Shown here one piece after another: positions 27,738 to 36,932 of a DNA stretch of 64,000 nucleotides; position 1 is the stretch's first letter; each line of letters starts with the position of its first letter. The translations under genes and the position numbers were made by a program. Source of the stretch: Deltaproteobacteria bacterium UBA2221 (GTDB taxonomy: Bacteria; Desulfobacterota; Syntrophorhabdia; Syntrophorhabdales; WCHB1-27); NCBI GenBank assembly GCA_002328485.1, contig DCUF01000082.1, forward strand, positions 14,533 to 78,532, written 5' to 3'. The notes below the pieces were generated by a model, which did no database searches, was not told the DNA's origin, and worked only from the letters and a program-made list of their open reading frames with translations.

Positions 27738-29087
27738 GTGCGTATCCTGATTGTTTCATATTTCTTCCCTCCTCTTCATGCCGTTGCATCGTTGCGACCT
27801 GCATCTTGGGCTCGTACTTGGTCGGAGATGGGCCATGACGTGACGGTCTTGACCGTGCCGAAGGACAGGCTCCCCTTCACCGCCGGACGTCCCATGCCGA
27901 CGACGGTGAAGGTCGTAGAACTGGGACTCCCGGAACTTTTCTATCGTATACGGCGGCTACACAAAGAGCATATTCAGCTCCGCGGCAGCAGCGCATCTTG
28001 CGATAGACCCACACCAATCAGAAGAATCGTGCGATGGCTTGATGACTATCGGCTAAGAGTGGGCATTTTTGCCACCTGCAGAATGCCTGACCTCAGTGAT
28101 CTCTGGATCCGGCCGGCAACTCAATGGTGCCGTAAGGCTGGACAATGGGATCTCGCAGTGAGTTCTGCCGGCCCTTACTCAACACATCTTATAGCGGCCG
28201 ATCTAAGAAGACAGGGGCTGACGCGCTTTTGGATTGCCGATTACCGGGACCTTTGGGTGAACAGCCCAACGTGTACGGGGCTCTTCCCGTTCACGTTGGC
28301 GGAGAAAAGGCTTGAAAGGCGTGCGATGAAGCATGCAGATTTGATCACTACGGTGAGTGCTCCCCTGGCCCATATTCTTTCAGAAAACTACGGCCACAAA
28401 AAAGTGAGAATTGTTGAAAATGGCTATGACCAACAGGATCTTGCTGACATCCCCGAGGATCCGATCTTCCCTCAAGACGGCAAAGTCAGAATAGTCTACA
28501 CAGGTGCCATCTACAAGGGAAGGCGAGATCCTGCTCCACTTTTTAGCGCAATCTCAAAGCTGGCCGTGGATGGCAGTACGAGGCACCTCCTTGATCGGCT
28601 CGAAGTCATCTTTTACGGCTCGATGACACATGTCCTCGCGAAGTCGGTCAAAGAACATAAAATTGATCCTTGGGTTCGTCTTCTTGGAACTGTCCCACGT
28701 TCGGATGCCCTAAGAATACAGAGGGATGCCCACGCCCTCCTTTTTCTGGAATGGGATGAAGGAGATGTGGATGGGATCGTCTCTGGTAAACTCTTCGAAT
28801 ATATGTCGTCAGGTACTCCCATTTGGGGAGTGGGTGTGACTGAAAAGACAAGCACAGGCAAACTTATTCGAGACACCGGGACAGGGATCCTTTTTGGCGT
28901 AGATGTTGCAGGCATCGCCAGCGAATTGGTCGGTCTTCTGACCTCGTGTAAGAAGGAACCGGCCCACCCCGAACCCGATGTTCTTGCACGGTTCGAGAGG
29001 AGAACTCTGGCCGAACGGCTTCTCGTATTAGCGAGCGAACAAATCTCGTCGGCCCCCCTTATTTCAGAATGGGCGCCTGAGAATTGA
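27738..29087 (+). CDS. Glycosyltransferase (GT-B, GT4-like)
   Basis: MRILIVSYFFPPLHAVASLRPASWARTWSEMGHDVTVLT is the N-terminal GT4 pattern. The C-terminal half carries an E-x7-E-like segment. Confidence 0.65.
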   Translation: MRILIVSYFFPPLHAVASLRPASWARTWSEMGHDVTVLTVPKDRLPFTAGRPMPTTVKVVELGLPELFYRIRRLHKEHIQLRGSSASCDRPTPIRRIVRWLDDYRLRVGIFATCRMPDLSDLWIRPATQWCRKAGQWDLAVSSAGPYSTHLIAADLRRQGLTRFWIADYRDLWVNSPTCTGLFPFTLAEKRLERRAMKHADLITTVSAPLAHILSENYGHKKVRIVENGYDQQDLADIPEDPIFPQDGKVRIVYTGAIYKGRRDPAPLFSAISKLAVDGSTRHLLDRLEVIFYGSMTHVLAKSVKEHKIDPWVRLLGTVPRSDALRIQRDAHALLFLEWDEGDVDGIVSGKLFEYMSSGTPIWGVGVTEKTSTGKLIRDTGTGILFGVDVAGIASELVGLLTSCKKEPAHPEPDVLARFERRTLAERLLVLASEQISSAPLISEWAPEN

Positions 29088-30175
29088 GAAAGATAAAGAT
29101 ACTGGAAATCATTCCGTCATGCCAGAGAGGCGGTGTTCCGACAGTAGTCCACAACCTGATCAGCCGGCTCGACAAGGCGAAATTCGAGATCCATTTGGCC
29201 GCGCCCAATGACGGGCTTTATTACGATAGATTTTCCAGCACGTGTGCCGTCCATGACGTTTCGATAAGAGGCTATTATCCCTCAAGTATTTACATGATTC
29301 GCAAATTAGTAAAAACCTACGACATTGACATTGTGCACGGCCATGGCAAGGGTGCCGGGCTATACGGACGGTTGGCCACACTCGGGATGGGCGTAAAGAG
29401 AGCATACACACTCCACGGTTTTAACTGCGACCATTACATCCCCCTATTTAGGTGCCTGTATCTGACCGTCGAAAAGCTACTTTCCCGAGTGACGCACATG
29501 ACCGTCGCCGTGTCGGATGGCGAGAAGAAACAGGCTGAGAAGGCAGGTATCCTGCCAAAGGGAAGGGCCACGGTTATTCCCAACGGTATCGTACTAAACA
29601 AGGCACGGTCGGGGGAGAAGGGTTTTGCCCTGGGCACATTGTCGCGAATTTGTCGAGCAAAAGGTCTTGAGTACCTGATAGAAGCGGTGGTTCTGTTGCG
29701 GGACAGGTATCCCGAGTTGATGTGCTACGTGGCCGGCGGAATGCCAAAAGGGGAAGAAGACTATGAAGCAGAGCTGAAGGCCATGATTCGCGACCGCGCC
29801 TTAGATGATAAGATCATCTTTCTTGGCGAGATCGGCGATATCGATTCGTTTTTCCACAAGATTGACGTGTATGTGTCTACCTCGCGCTGGGAGGGGCTAC
29901 CTACCGCTGTGCTCGAGTCCTTTGCCGCGCGAGTTCCGGTGGTTGCAACAGATGTGGTGGGCAATCGTGATCTCGTTAAGAACCTGAAGACGGGGATTTT
30001 GGTAAAGGCAGAAGATGGCGAGACGATAGCCGCAGGCATAGAGTATGCTTTCGAGCATCCCGATGAACTGTCTGCATTCACGGCAAATGCCTTTCGGGAT
30101 GTTTGCGAGAATTACTCGGTCAACAATATGGTCAGCAGACACGAACTGCTTTATGAGAGTCTCCTTACGTCGTGA
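29084..30175 (+). CDS. Glycosyltransferase family 4
   Basis: GGVPTVVHNL...HGHGKGAG...STSRWEGLPTAVLESFAARVPVVATDVVGNRD is present. The TTG start overlaps the upstream stop. Confidence 0.8.
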   Translation: MRKIKILEIIPSCQRGGVPTVVHNLISRLDKAKFEIHLAAPNDGLYYDRFSSTCAVHDVSIRGYYPSSIYMIRKLVKTYDIDIVHGHGKGAGLYGRLATLGMGVKRAYTLHGFNCDHYIPLFRCLYLTVEKLLSRVTHMTVAVSDGEKKQAEKAGILPKGRATVIPNGIVLNKARSGEKGFALGTLSRICRAKGLEYLIEAVVLLRDRYPELMCYVAGGMPKGEEDYEAELKAMIRDRALDDKIIFLGEIGDIDSFFHKIDVYVSTSRWEGLPTAVLESFAARVPVVATDVVGNRDLVKNLKTGILVKAEDGETIAAGIEYAFEHPDELSAFTANAFRDVCENYSVNNMVSRHELLYESLLTS

Positions 30176-30184
30176 TGAGGGTAA

Positions 30185-31348
30185 ATGGCTACACGAGATA
30201 GACCAAAGGTCCTTCAGATCTTCAAATACTACTATCCCAACGTCGGCGGAGTGGAGAAGGTGGCCCAGGATATTGCCGAGGGGTTGAGAGGGCGGATAGG
30301 CACACAAATTCTAACTTGTCACGAGGCTGTGACGACGCTCCAGGAGAATGTGAATGGGATTGAAGTGACCCGGGCTGGTCGATTATTCACACGCTTCTCT
30401 GTACCAGTCGCGCCGCGATTTCCCTTTCTAATGCGGCAAATGGCCCGCAAAGCCGATATCCTTCATTTTCATTTCCCCTATCCCCTCGCGGATGTTTCCC
30501 ATCTGCTCGCTCGTCCCGCAGGAAAGGTGGTGGTCTGGTGGCACAGCGATATCGTAAGACCGAGATTCCTCACGAAGCTTTACCGCCCCCTTCAGGTCCA
30601 ATTCCTGAAAAAGGCCCATGCAATTATAGTTGCGGCACCCCAGCTTATCGATTCATCGCCGACGCTTGAGCGATTTAGAGACAAGTGCCACGTCATTCCC
30701 ATAGGAATAGACGTAGGGCGTTTCATCCTCGATGAGGATAAACATGCTCAGGTACAGAAAATCAGGTCTCAGTATGGTCCGCGAATCGTCTTATTTGTGG
30801 GCCGGCTTGCTTACTATAAAGGCGTTGACTATCTTGTGCGTTCCATGAAAGATATCGACGGCACGCTGCTTATCGTTGGGGAGGGTCCGTTAGAGGCCGA
30901 GATGAAGGGGCTGGCTACCTCGATGGGCATCGAGGACAGATGCGTGTTTCTCGGAAAAGCGAGCGATGAACACCTTTCTCTCTACTATCACGCCTGTGAT
31001 GTCTTCGTTTTGCCGTCCGTCGCTTCAACTGAGGCATACGGTATTGTGCAGCTCGAGGCCATGGCCTGTGGAAAGCCGGTGGTGAGCACCAGCTTGCCAA
31101 CGGGGGTTACCTTCGTCAACATGCATGAACAGACCGGTCTTGTAGTCCCTCCTGCCGATGAACAGACCTTGGCGGCGGCGATCAACAAGCTTCTCGATGA
31201 CCCGAGCACCCGGATGAAATATGGATCTTTTGCGAAAGAACGCGTGGAACGAGAGTTTACCAATGCCGCCATGGTCGAGAAGGTCTATGGACTCTACAAG
31301 GGTGTCGCAGAAGCCCCATCAGAGCCGACCAAACGGAGGGCCCAGTGA
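30185..31348 (+). CDS. Glycosyltransferase family 4
   Basis: YYYPNVGGVEKV...PSVASTEAYGIVQLEAMACGKPVVSTSLPTG is present. Confidence 0.8.
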   Translation: MATRDRPKVLQIFKYYYPNVGGVEKVAQDIAEGLRGRIGTQILTCHEAVTTLQENVNGIEVTRAGRLFTRFSVPVAPRFPFLMRQMARKADILHFHFPYPLADVSHLLARPAGKVVVWWHSDIVRPRFLTKLYRPLQVQFLKKAHAIIVAAPQLIDSSPTLERFRDKCHVIPIGIDVGRFILDEDKHAQVQKIRSQYGPRIVLFVGRLAYYKGVDYLVRSMKDIDGTLLIVGEGPLEAEMKGLATSMGIEDRCVFLGKASDEHLSLYYHACDVFVLPSVASTEAYGIVQLEAMACGKPVVSTSLPTGVTFVNMHEQTGLVVPPADEQTLAAAINKLLDDPSTRMKYGSFAKERVEREFTNAAMVEKVYGLYKGVAEAPSEPTKRRAQ

Positions 31349-31962
31349 AACGTGTCTTCGATCTACTGCTGTCCGGCTTGGGACTGTTTGTCTCCCTACC
31401 TTTGTGGGTGTTCTTTGGGATTCTGATCAAAGTTCAGGACGGTGGACCGATTTTTTACGGGCAGGAGAGGGTAGGCGAGAAGGGCAGGACCTTTAGCGTG
31501 CTGAAGTTCAGGTCGATGATCGTGGACGCCGAGGGGCAAACCGGTGTGGTCTGGGCTGTCGAAAATGACCCACGGGTCACGAAAATTGGCCGGCTGCTTC
31601 GTGCAACCGCCATGGACGAATTGCCGCAGCTCTGGAACATATTCAAAGGCGACATGAGCTTTGTGGGCCCACGGGCGGAAAGACCTGAGTTGGTGGAGCA
31701 GTTTGCGAGATCGATACAAGGCTATCGTGCTCGGCTGTCGGTGAAGCCCGGGCTTACTGGTTTGGCGCAGGTCTACGGCCGTTACGACACCCTTCCGCAA
31801 CACAAGCTCAAATTCGACCGCCTCTACATAAAGAGACAATCCTTGGGCCTTGATCTCAGACTGATCATGCTCTCTTTTCTCATCTCTTTTACGGGAAAAT
31901 GGGAGCACAGGGGGAAGAGAGTGGGCAAGAGGTTGCCTGCCCAGGGGTCTCAGGTCTCTTGA
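31345..31962 (+). CDS. Small monotopic phosphoglycosyl transferase (bacterial sugar transferase; PglC/WbaP C-terminal type)
   Basis: KRVFDLLLSGLGLFVSLPLW...GPIFYGQERVG..GRTFSVLKFRSM...DELPQLWNIFKGDMSFVGPRAERP is present. The GTG start overlaps the upstream stop (GTGA). Confidence 0.85.
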   Translation: MKRVFDLLLSGLGLFVSLPLWVFFGILIKVQDGGPIFYGQERVGEKGRTFSVLKFRSMIVDAEGQTGVVWAVENDPRVTKIGRLLRATAMDELPQLWNIFKGDMSFVGPRAERPELVEQFARSIQGYRARLSVKPGLTGLAQVYGRYDTLPQHKLKFDRLYIKRQSLGLDLRLIMLSFLISFTGKWEHRGKRVGKRLPAQGSQVS

Positions 31963-31995
31963 TTTATTTGACCGGGGCGGTTAAAGTGAAGCGAT

Positions 31996-33192
31996 TTGAG
32001 GAAGGATTTTGTTTTGCGAGGTGGCGCGGCATTGCATGAACATGACGTGGTCGTGATCGGCGCAGGCCCGGTCGGGTCCTACTGTGCCTTTGAGTTGGCC
32101 CGAAATGGGTTGGACGTCCTTGTTTTAGAAAAGAACCTTCCAGGGGAATGCCAGCCTGTATGCAGCGGCGTTATAGGGACAGAGGCCTTCACGGAGTTCC
32201 CTCTTCCCGTCGACTCCATTATGAGCGAGGTCCGCGAGATAGTTCTCGTGTCGCCAGGGGGCCAGAAAGTTTTCTATCGTCCTGACGCGGTGCAGGCCTA
32301 TGTGGTCAATCGAACGATGCTGGATGAGGGGCTGCGCATGCTGGCCCGATCCAACGGCGCAGAGATCAAAGAAGGATCGACGTGTATCGGTCTGGAGGTG
32401 ACCGACCGTAATGTCCACCTGCGGGTGTCGCCAGGCCCTGAGGACGTAAGGGCCAAAGTGGTGGTGATAGCCTCAGGCTACAACCCCGCCCTCACGAAAA
32501 TGGTGGGTTTGGGTACGGTTCCGGGATTTGTTGAAGGGGTGCAGGCAGAGGCCGAGGTCGATGAGCTTGAGCAAACCGAAGTCTACCTTGGAAATACAGT
32601 TGCCCCCTCGTCGTTTGCGTGGTTGGTCGGTCTGCAAAGCGGCAGGGCACGGATAGGTCTTACAAGCCGGGGACAAAGCCGCACTTTCTTAAGCTCCTTC
32701 CTCAGCAACCCCTTCGTCGAGGAACGGGTCCGTTTGACGGGCAAAGTGTACAAGAAGATCATACCCTATGGGTTGCTCAAGAGAAGCTTCGGTGACCGGC
32801 TGATGGTGGTAGGAGAGGCAGCGGGTCAAGTAAAGACGACGACGCACGGAGGGGTTTACTATGGCCTGATCGGTGCGCGTATCGCAGGCGAGACCCTGCT
32901 TGGAGCCTGGAAGCGGCAGGATTTCAGCACGGCCATATTTGCTGAATATGAACGGAAATGGCGCCAACTACTGGAGCCTGAAATAGCGAAAGGTATTCGC
33001 TTCCGCCGGTTCTTCTCGCATCTTACGGATGGTCAGATAGAATGGTTCTTTAAGATGAGCCAGAAGGACGGGATCATGGATCTATTGCACAAAAAGGCGA
33101 GATTCGACTGGCATGGAGAATTCATCTCCTCTCTGATCGAGCACGCTTTCTTCAAACGATACTTTGGGAGGGGGGATGAACCGACAGCGTAG
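31996..33192 (+). CDS. Geranylgeranyl-reductase-family FAD-dependent oxidoreductase
   Basis: HDVVVIGAGPVGSYCAFELARNGLDVLVLEK is the FAD dinucleotide fold. The length and a later GEAAGQVKTTTHGGVYYG fit the GGR family. The start (TTG 31996) is uncertain. Confidence 0.7.
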   Translation: MRKDFVLRGGAALHEHDVVVIGAGPVGSYCAFELARNGLDVLVLEKNLPGECQPVCSGVIGTEAFTEFPLPVDSIMSEVREIVLVSPGGQKVFYRPDAVQAYVVNRTMLDEGLRMLARSNGAEIKEGSTCIGLEVTDRNVHLRVSPGPEDVRAKVVVIASGYNPALTKMVGLGTVPGFVEGVQAEAEVDELEQTEVYLGNTVAPSSFAWLVGLQSGRARIGLTSRGQSRTFLSSFLSNPFVEERVRLTGKVYKKIIPYGLLKRSFGDRLMVVGEAAGQVKTTTHGGVYYGLIGARIAGETLLGAWKRQDFSTAIFAEYERKWRQLLEPEIAKGIRFRRFFSHLTDGQIEWFFKMSQKDGIMDLLHKKARFDWHGEFISSLIEHAFFKRYFGRGDEPTA

Positions 33193-34033
33193 AATCACCG
33201 TACTTGTGGCAGTAATCTCTCTGGTAAGCTTTTTTCTTTGCTGGTCTGATGCCGCACGGGGCGCAAACAGCCAGAGACAGGGTCGTGCTCAGTGCGAGCC
33301 CTTGAGCGAAAAAGAGGCCCGTGCCATTCTTGACAGCCTCCGCCTGAACGAGGCCAAGATACTGAAAATCCAGAGCAGCCCCATCCAGCAGTTGTGGGAG
33401 ATCGCCTTAGAGAATCGCGGCCAGCGATTTGTGGTCTATGTGGACTGCTCCAAGACATACGTCATGCCCGGACCAATCATCGAGTATCGCACGGGAATGG
33501 ACAGGACCCGTCAAAGAGTCGAAGACCTGAACCGGGATAAGAGGGTCAATCTGGCTGGTCTGAAGCTGGACGAATCGCTGGTTATGGGCAACCGGGATGC
33601 GCCCATCAAGGTTATCGTGTTTCTCGACCCGGACTGACCATACTGCAAAAAACTTCATCTGGAGATGAAGGAGCTCTTGGAAAAACGGACCGATGTTGCC
33701 TTCTTTCTTAAGCTGACCCTTATTCGCAAGAACCCTGAGCTCGAGAAGAAATCCAGGGCAATCGTGTGCGGCAAATCCCTGAAGGCTTTAGACGACGCTT
33801 TTGAGGGGATAGCCCCACCTCCAAAAGAGTGCCCATCCAGGGAACTTGAGGAGAATACCAAGTTCATGGAGACAAATGGGTTTAACGGTGTGCCGCTTAC
33901 CCTTTTCCCGGATGGCTCTATTCAGGCGGGATTTGTGGAGTCCAGCGTGCTCGAGAAGAGGATTGACGAGGCCGCTCGCTCTGCTGAGAAGAATGATGCC
34001 GCAAAGAGGGCACAGAACGGAAAAGGAAGGTAG
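33176..34033 (+). CDS. Periplasmic thiol:disulfide interchange protein, DsbC/DsbG-like, with in-frame TGA (33635-33637) at the first redox position (candidate selenocysteine: U-P-Y-C)
   Basis: Track ORFs 33164..33637 and 33665..34033 are in the same frame and separated only by the TGA. The junction reads VIVFLDPD-TGA-PYCKKLH, compared with the DsbG FADPFCPYCK and DsbC CGYCHKLH contexts. A signal peptide and a DsbC_N-like domain lie upstream. ATG 33176 follows GGGAGG. Confidence 0.7.
33653..33670 (+). other. Candidate bacterial SECIS hairpin
   Basis: CTTCATC-tgga-GATGAAG is a perfect 7-bp stem that starts 15 nt after the TGA. Confidence 0.45.
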
Positions 34034-34061
34034 GACCCACCCTAACCATTTGATTTTATCG

Positions 34062-34090
34062 TTGACTTTGCGTGGTCGTCGTGAGAAAAT
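34062..34090 (+). promoter_or_regulatory. Candidate sigma70 promoter of rpsT
   Basis: TTGACT (34062-34067), a 17-nt spacer, then GAAAAT (34085-34090). Confidence 0.4.
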
Positions 34091-34124
34091 ACTCCTCTAC
34101 CATTCAAGGCAACAGGAGGAGTAG

Positions 34125-34409
34125 TTGAAAAAGAACAAGTCAGCAATAAAACGGGCGGTCCAAAGCGAAAAAAGACGGCTTCGGAACTCCCATGTTAAAT
34201 CGACCATGAAAACCAACATCAAGAAAGTACTGCTCGCCTTAAAAGAGAAGGACAAGGAAAGCCTTGAGAATACCTTCAAAGCGGCGATAGCATATATAGA
34301 TCGGGCAGCCTCCAAGAAGGTGATACATAGGAATAATGCTGCACGGAGGGTGTCTCGACTGGCCAAAAAGGTCGACAGCGTCCTGAAAGAAGGCCAGGCA
34401 CAGCAGTAG
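34125..34409 (+). CDS. rpsT: 30S ribosomal protein S20
   Basis: KKNKSAIKRAVQSEKRRLRNSHVKSTMKT...AAIAYIDRAASKKVIHRNNAARRVSRL is present. The start is TTG, 5 nt after AGGAGG. Confidence 0.9.
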   Translation: MKKNKSAIKRAVQSEKRRLRNSHVKSTMKTNIKKVLLALKEKDKESLENTFKAAIAYIDRAASKKVIHRNNAARRVSRLAKKVDSVLKEGQAQQ

Positions 34410-34429
34410 GCTCACAGAAGATGGTTACC

Positions 34430-34462
34430 GGGCCGGATGTATGCAACATCCGGCCCTTTTTT
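34430..34462 (+). terminator. Rho-independent terminator after rpsT
   Basis: GGGCCGGATGT-atgca-ACATCCGGCCC is an 11-bp stem followed by TTTTTT. Confidence 0.8.
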
Positions 34463-34538
34463 GTGGGCATGCCTCTATCGTGTTGAAACAGGTTTTTTGC
34501 ACCCGTAAAGATCACCTCCAACGTAAGATCTCCGTGAG

Positions 34539-35021
34539 TTGTCCGGAGGGCTATCCCATGGGACATGTGGGGCGGATCCTGTTGACTTTTGGGGTGCAAA
34601 ATTCGAAAATGCAGCCAAGGGAGGGACTTCCATAGACGAGAGTAGCCACAGGGAACGGCTTCCAGGGAAACCGTTCCGAGAAATCGTAAGATACTACAGC
34701 CGCACCTTTTCGGTGGGACAGATTGCCAATCAACTGGCGGACATCCTTGACCGAATGGAAGACACCCCGAGAAAGATAGCCGAATGGGCTGCGTTAGGAT
34801 TTGCTACCCTCATAAAGGAGAAGCGTTTTTGGAAAAGAGATTGGATTGAGGTTGCCGAGGAGATACGCTCCACGTCGTCAACATATTTCCGCAGACTGGG
34901 TGTTATCCCAAGCGAAGAAGCCCTCCTCGATATCGTCCAGGTCGTTGTGCTGAGCCTTGCTTACAGTGAAAAGAGCAACAAAGTCCTGGATAAGAAATCG
35001 ATCATACGGAAAATCCCTTAG
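34539..35021 (+). CDS. Hypothetical protein (start uncertain)
   Basis: 160-aa ORF with a TTG start and no recognisable motif. It has protein-like composition and lies between the rpsT terminator and a convergent gene. Confidence 0.35.
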   Translation: MSGGLSHGTCGADPVDFWGAKFENAAKGGTSIDESSHRERLPGKPFREIVRYYSRTFSVGQIANQLADILDRMEDTPRKIAEWAALGFATLIKEKRFWKRDWIEVAEEIRSTSSTYFRRLGVIPSEEALLDIVQVVVLSLAYSEKSNKVLDKKSIIRKIP

Positions 35022-35187
35022 AAAATAGAATAATCACGCCCGGATTGCGAAGCCTGTTCGGAGAGACAGGGTGGGGAATGAGGTGGAGAAGAGACCGGAT
35101 GCTAGTGCTGTGGTCGGGCGGGACCCTTCTCGAGATGAGCCACGCTGTGGTCGAACGAAGAATGGGGAGCGAATCGTCTCGACCATC

Positions 35188-35703
35188 CTAGTATTCCGCA
35201 AGGACCAGGGCGCTGAAGCGACGGGCCATCCGGTTGGCAATTCGTCTAAACGCCTCCCTTTTGTTGAAGTCCTGAAGATTCACATCATCAGCACGGAAAG
35301 CCTCGGACTCGGTAAAATGCCAGCGCCTCAGAACCTGTCCGGTGCTCTTCGTGAGGATCAGATTGACGTCCACCGTCACCGTCTTCTCCACAACAAAGCC
35401 GGTCGTGGCCAGCGATGACGGCGAGGTCTGAACGCGGGAGATTACACCCTGCAACGTGCTGTCGGGGTTCGGTTGGTTTATCTGAAAGAAACCGCTGGCA
35501 ACCAGCTCGCGGGTAAGCGCCTCAGTAAAAATGGCAGGGGTGTGAGGCTCGAAGCTTTGATTCTTGAACAGGGGGATGTCAACCACCTTGACATCCCCGC
35601 CGCGAATCCCCTCTTCGCGGACCAGGTGGTACCCGCACCCCGTTAGAGAAAGCGCGAGGACCACCAGCCACAACGGCGCGGAAAGGCGTCTTTTATTCAA
35701 CAC
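35188..35703 (-). CDS. lptE: LptE-like LPS-assembly lipoprotein
   Basis: The GTG/TTG start at 35703/35700 follows GAGGTG. The lipobox is LALSLTGCGYHL and the size is about 170 aa. The track start 35886 overlaps argG. Confidence 0.55.
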   Translation of the reverse strand: MLNKRRLSAPLWLVVLALSLTGCGYHLVREEGIRGGDVKVVDIPLFKNQSFEPHTPAIFTEALTRELVASGFFQINQPNPDSTLQGVISRVQTSPSSLATTGFVVEKTVTVDVNLILTKSTGQVLRRWHFTESEAFRADDVNLQDFNKREAFRRIANRMARRFSALVLAEY

Positions 35704-35729
35704 AGAACAATCACCTCGATCACTCGCCG

Positions 35730-36932
35730 TTACTTTCCTTTCAACATCGCCCTGACCCGCAGCCGCAACGCGTTGAGTCTGATGAAACCCGTGGCATCGG
35801 ACTGATTGTACACCGTGTCCTGGTCGAAGGTGGCAAAATCCTCTCTGTAGAGGGAGTTCTCCGATTTTCTGCCGACCACTATACAATTTCCTTTGTACAA
35901 CTTGACCCTTACGGTTCCCGAGACGGCCTTTTGGGACTCGTCCACCAGTGCCCGAATGACTTCCATTTCTGGCGAGTACCAGAACCCATAGTAGATGAGC
36001 TCTGAGATTTTCGGGATAAGGCTGTCCCGAAGGTGCATGACCTCTCTATCCATGGTGATCGATTCCATTGCCCTGTGGGCCGTGTGGAGAACCGTGCACC
36101 CCGGTGTTTCATAAACGCCCCTCGACTTCATGCCTACGAACCGGTTTTCGACGATGTCGACTCGGCCTACCCCGTTTTCTCCCGCTATCCTGTTCAGAAA
36201 CATGATGATCTGATCGGCCTTCATCTCTTGACCGTCGATCCGAACCGGAACGCCTTCCTTGAACTCGATCTCCACATAGCGAGGCTGATTGGGCGCTTTT
36301 TCGGGAGAGACCGTAGTCCTGAACATGGCCTCGTCGGGTTCGTTCCAGGGATCCTCAAGCACACCCCCTTCGTAGCTGATGTGCATCAGATTCCGATCCA
36401 TGCTGTAGGGCTTTTCCTTGCTTACCGGAACCGGTATGTCATGCGTCCTTGCGTAATCGATAAGCTGTTCTCTCGCCGTAAAATCCCATTCGCGCCAGGG
36501 CGCGATGACTTTAATGTGAGGCTCGAGGGCATAAAAGGTCAGTTCGAAACGGACCTGATCGTTTCCTTTGCCGGTCGAGCCGTGGCATACGGCGTCAGCC
36601 CCCTCTTTGCGAGCGATCTCAACGTGTTTCTTGGCTATGAGCGGTCGAGCCAGGGAGGTGCCGAGCATGTAGGTTCCCTCGTAGATAGCATTCGCCTTGA
36701 TGGCGAAAAAGACGAAATCACGGGCAAACTCTTCTTTCAGGTCTTCGATATAGATCTTGGACGCACCGGTCCGGATCGCCTTTTCCTCCAACCCCTCCAA
36801 CTCATCCTGTTGGCCGACGTCCGCACAATAGGCCACCACCTCGCAGCCGTATTTTTCGATCAACCATTTCACCAAGATGGACGTATCCAGCCCGCCTGAG
36901 TAGGCGAGCACCACTTTTTTTACGCTTTCCAT
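35730..36932 (-). CDS. argG: Argininosuccinate synthase
   Basis: [14 protein letters not shown]... is present. ATG 36932 follows GGAGGA. The track start is 36953. Confidence 0.95.
   Translation of the reverse strand: MESVKKVVLAYSGGLDTSILVKWLIEKYGCEVVAYCADVGQQDELEGLEEKAIRTGASKIYIEDLKEEFARDFVFFAIKANAIYEGTYMLGTSLARPLIAKKHVEIARKEGADAVCHGSTGKGNDQVRFELTFYALEPHIKVIAPWREWDFTAREQLIDYARTHDIPVPVSKEKPYSMDRNLMHISYEGGVLEDPWNEPDEAMFRTTVSPEKAPNQPRYVEIEFKEGVPVRIDGQEMKADQIIMFLNRIAGENGVGRVDIVENRFVGMKSRGVYETPGCTVLHTAHRAMESITMDREVMHLRDSLIPKISELIYYGFWYSPEMEVIRALVDESQKAVSGTVRVKLYKGNCIVVGRKSENSLYREDFATFDQDTVYNQSDATGFIRLNALRLRVRAMLKGK

Noticed and set aside
36033-36899. Long antisense shadow ORFs inside well-supported genes. 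Examples: 36033..36899 (+) in argG, 38425..39198 (+) in argD/argB, 40103..40789 (+) in hslU, 51167..51913 (-) in dch, 50234..50857 (-) in bamA, 23108..23725 (-) in asnB, 25063..25698 (-) in wecB, 58564..59229 (+) in ccsA, 7425..7997 (-) in the TPP enzyme, 9471..10142 (-), 181..492 (+)
   Set aside because: Each lies fully opposite a gene with clear family motifs. The translations are low-complexity or Arg/Pro/Ser-rich with no recognisable motifs. These are typical stop-poor antisense frames.
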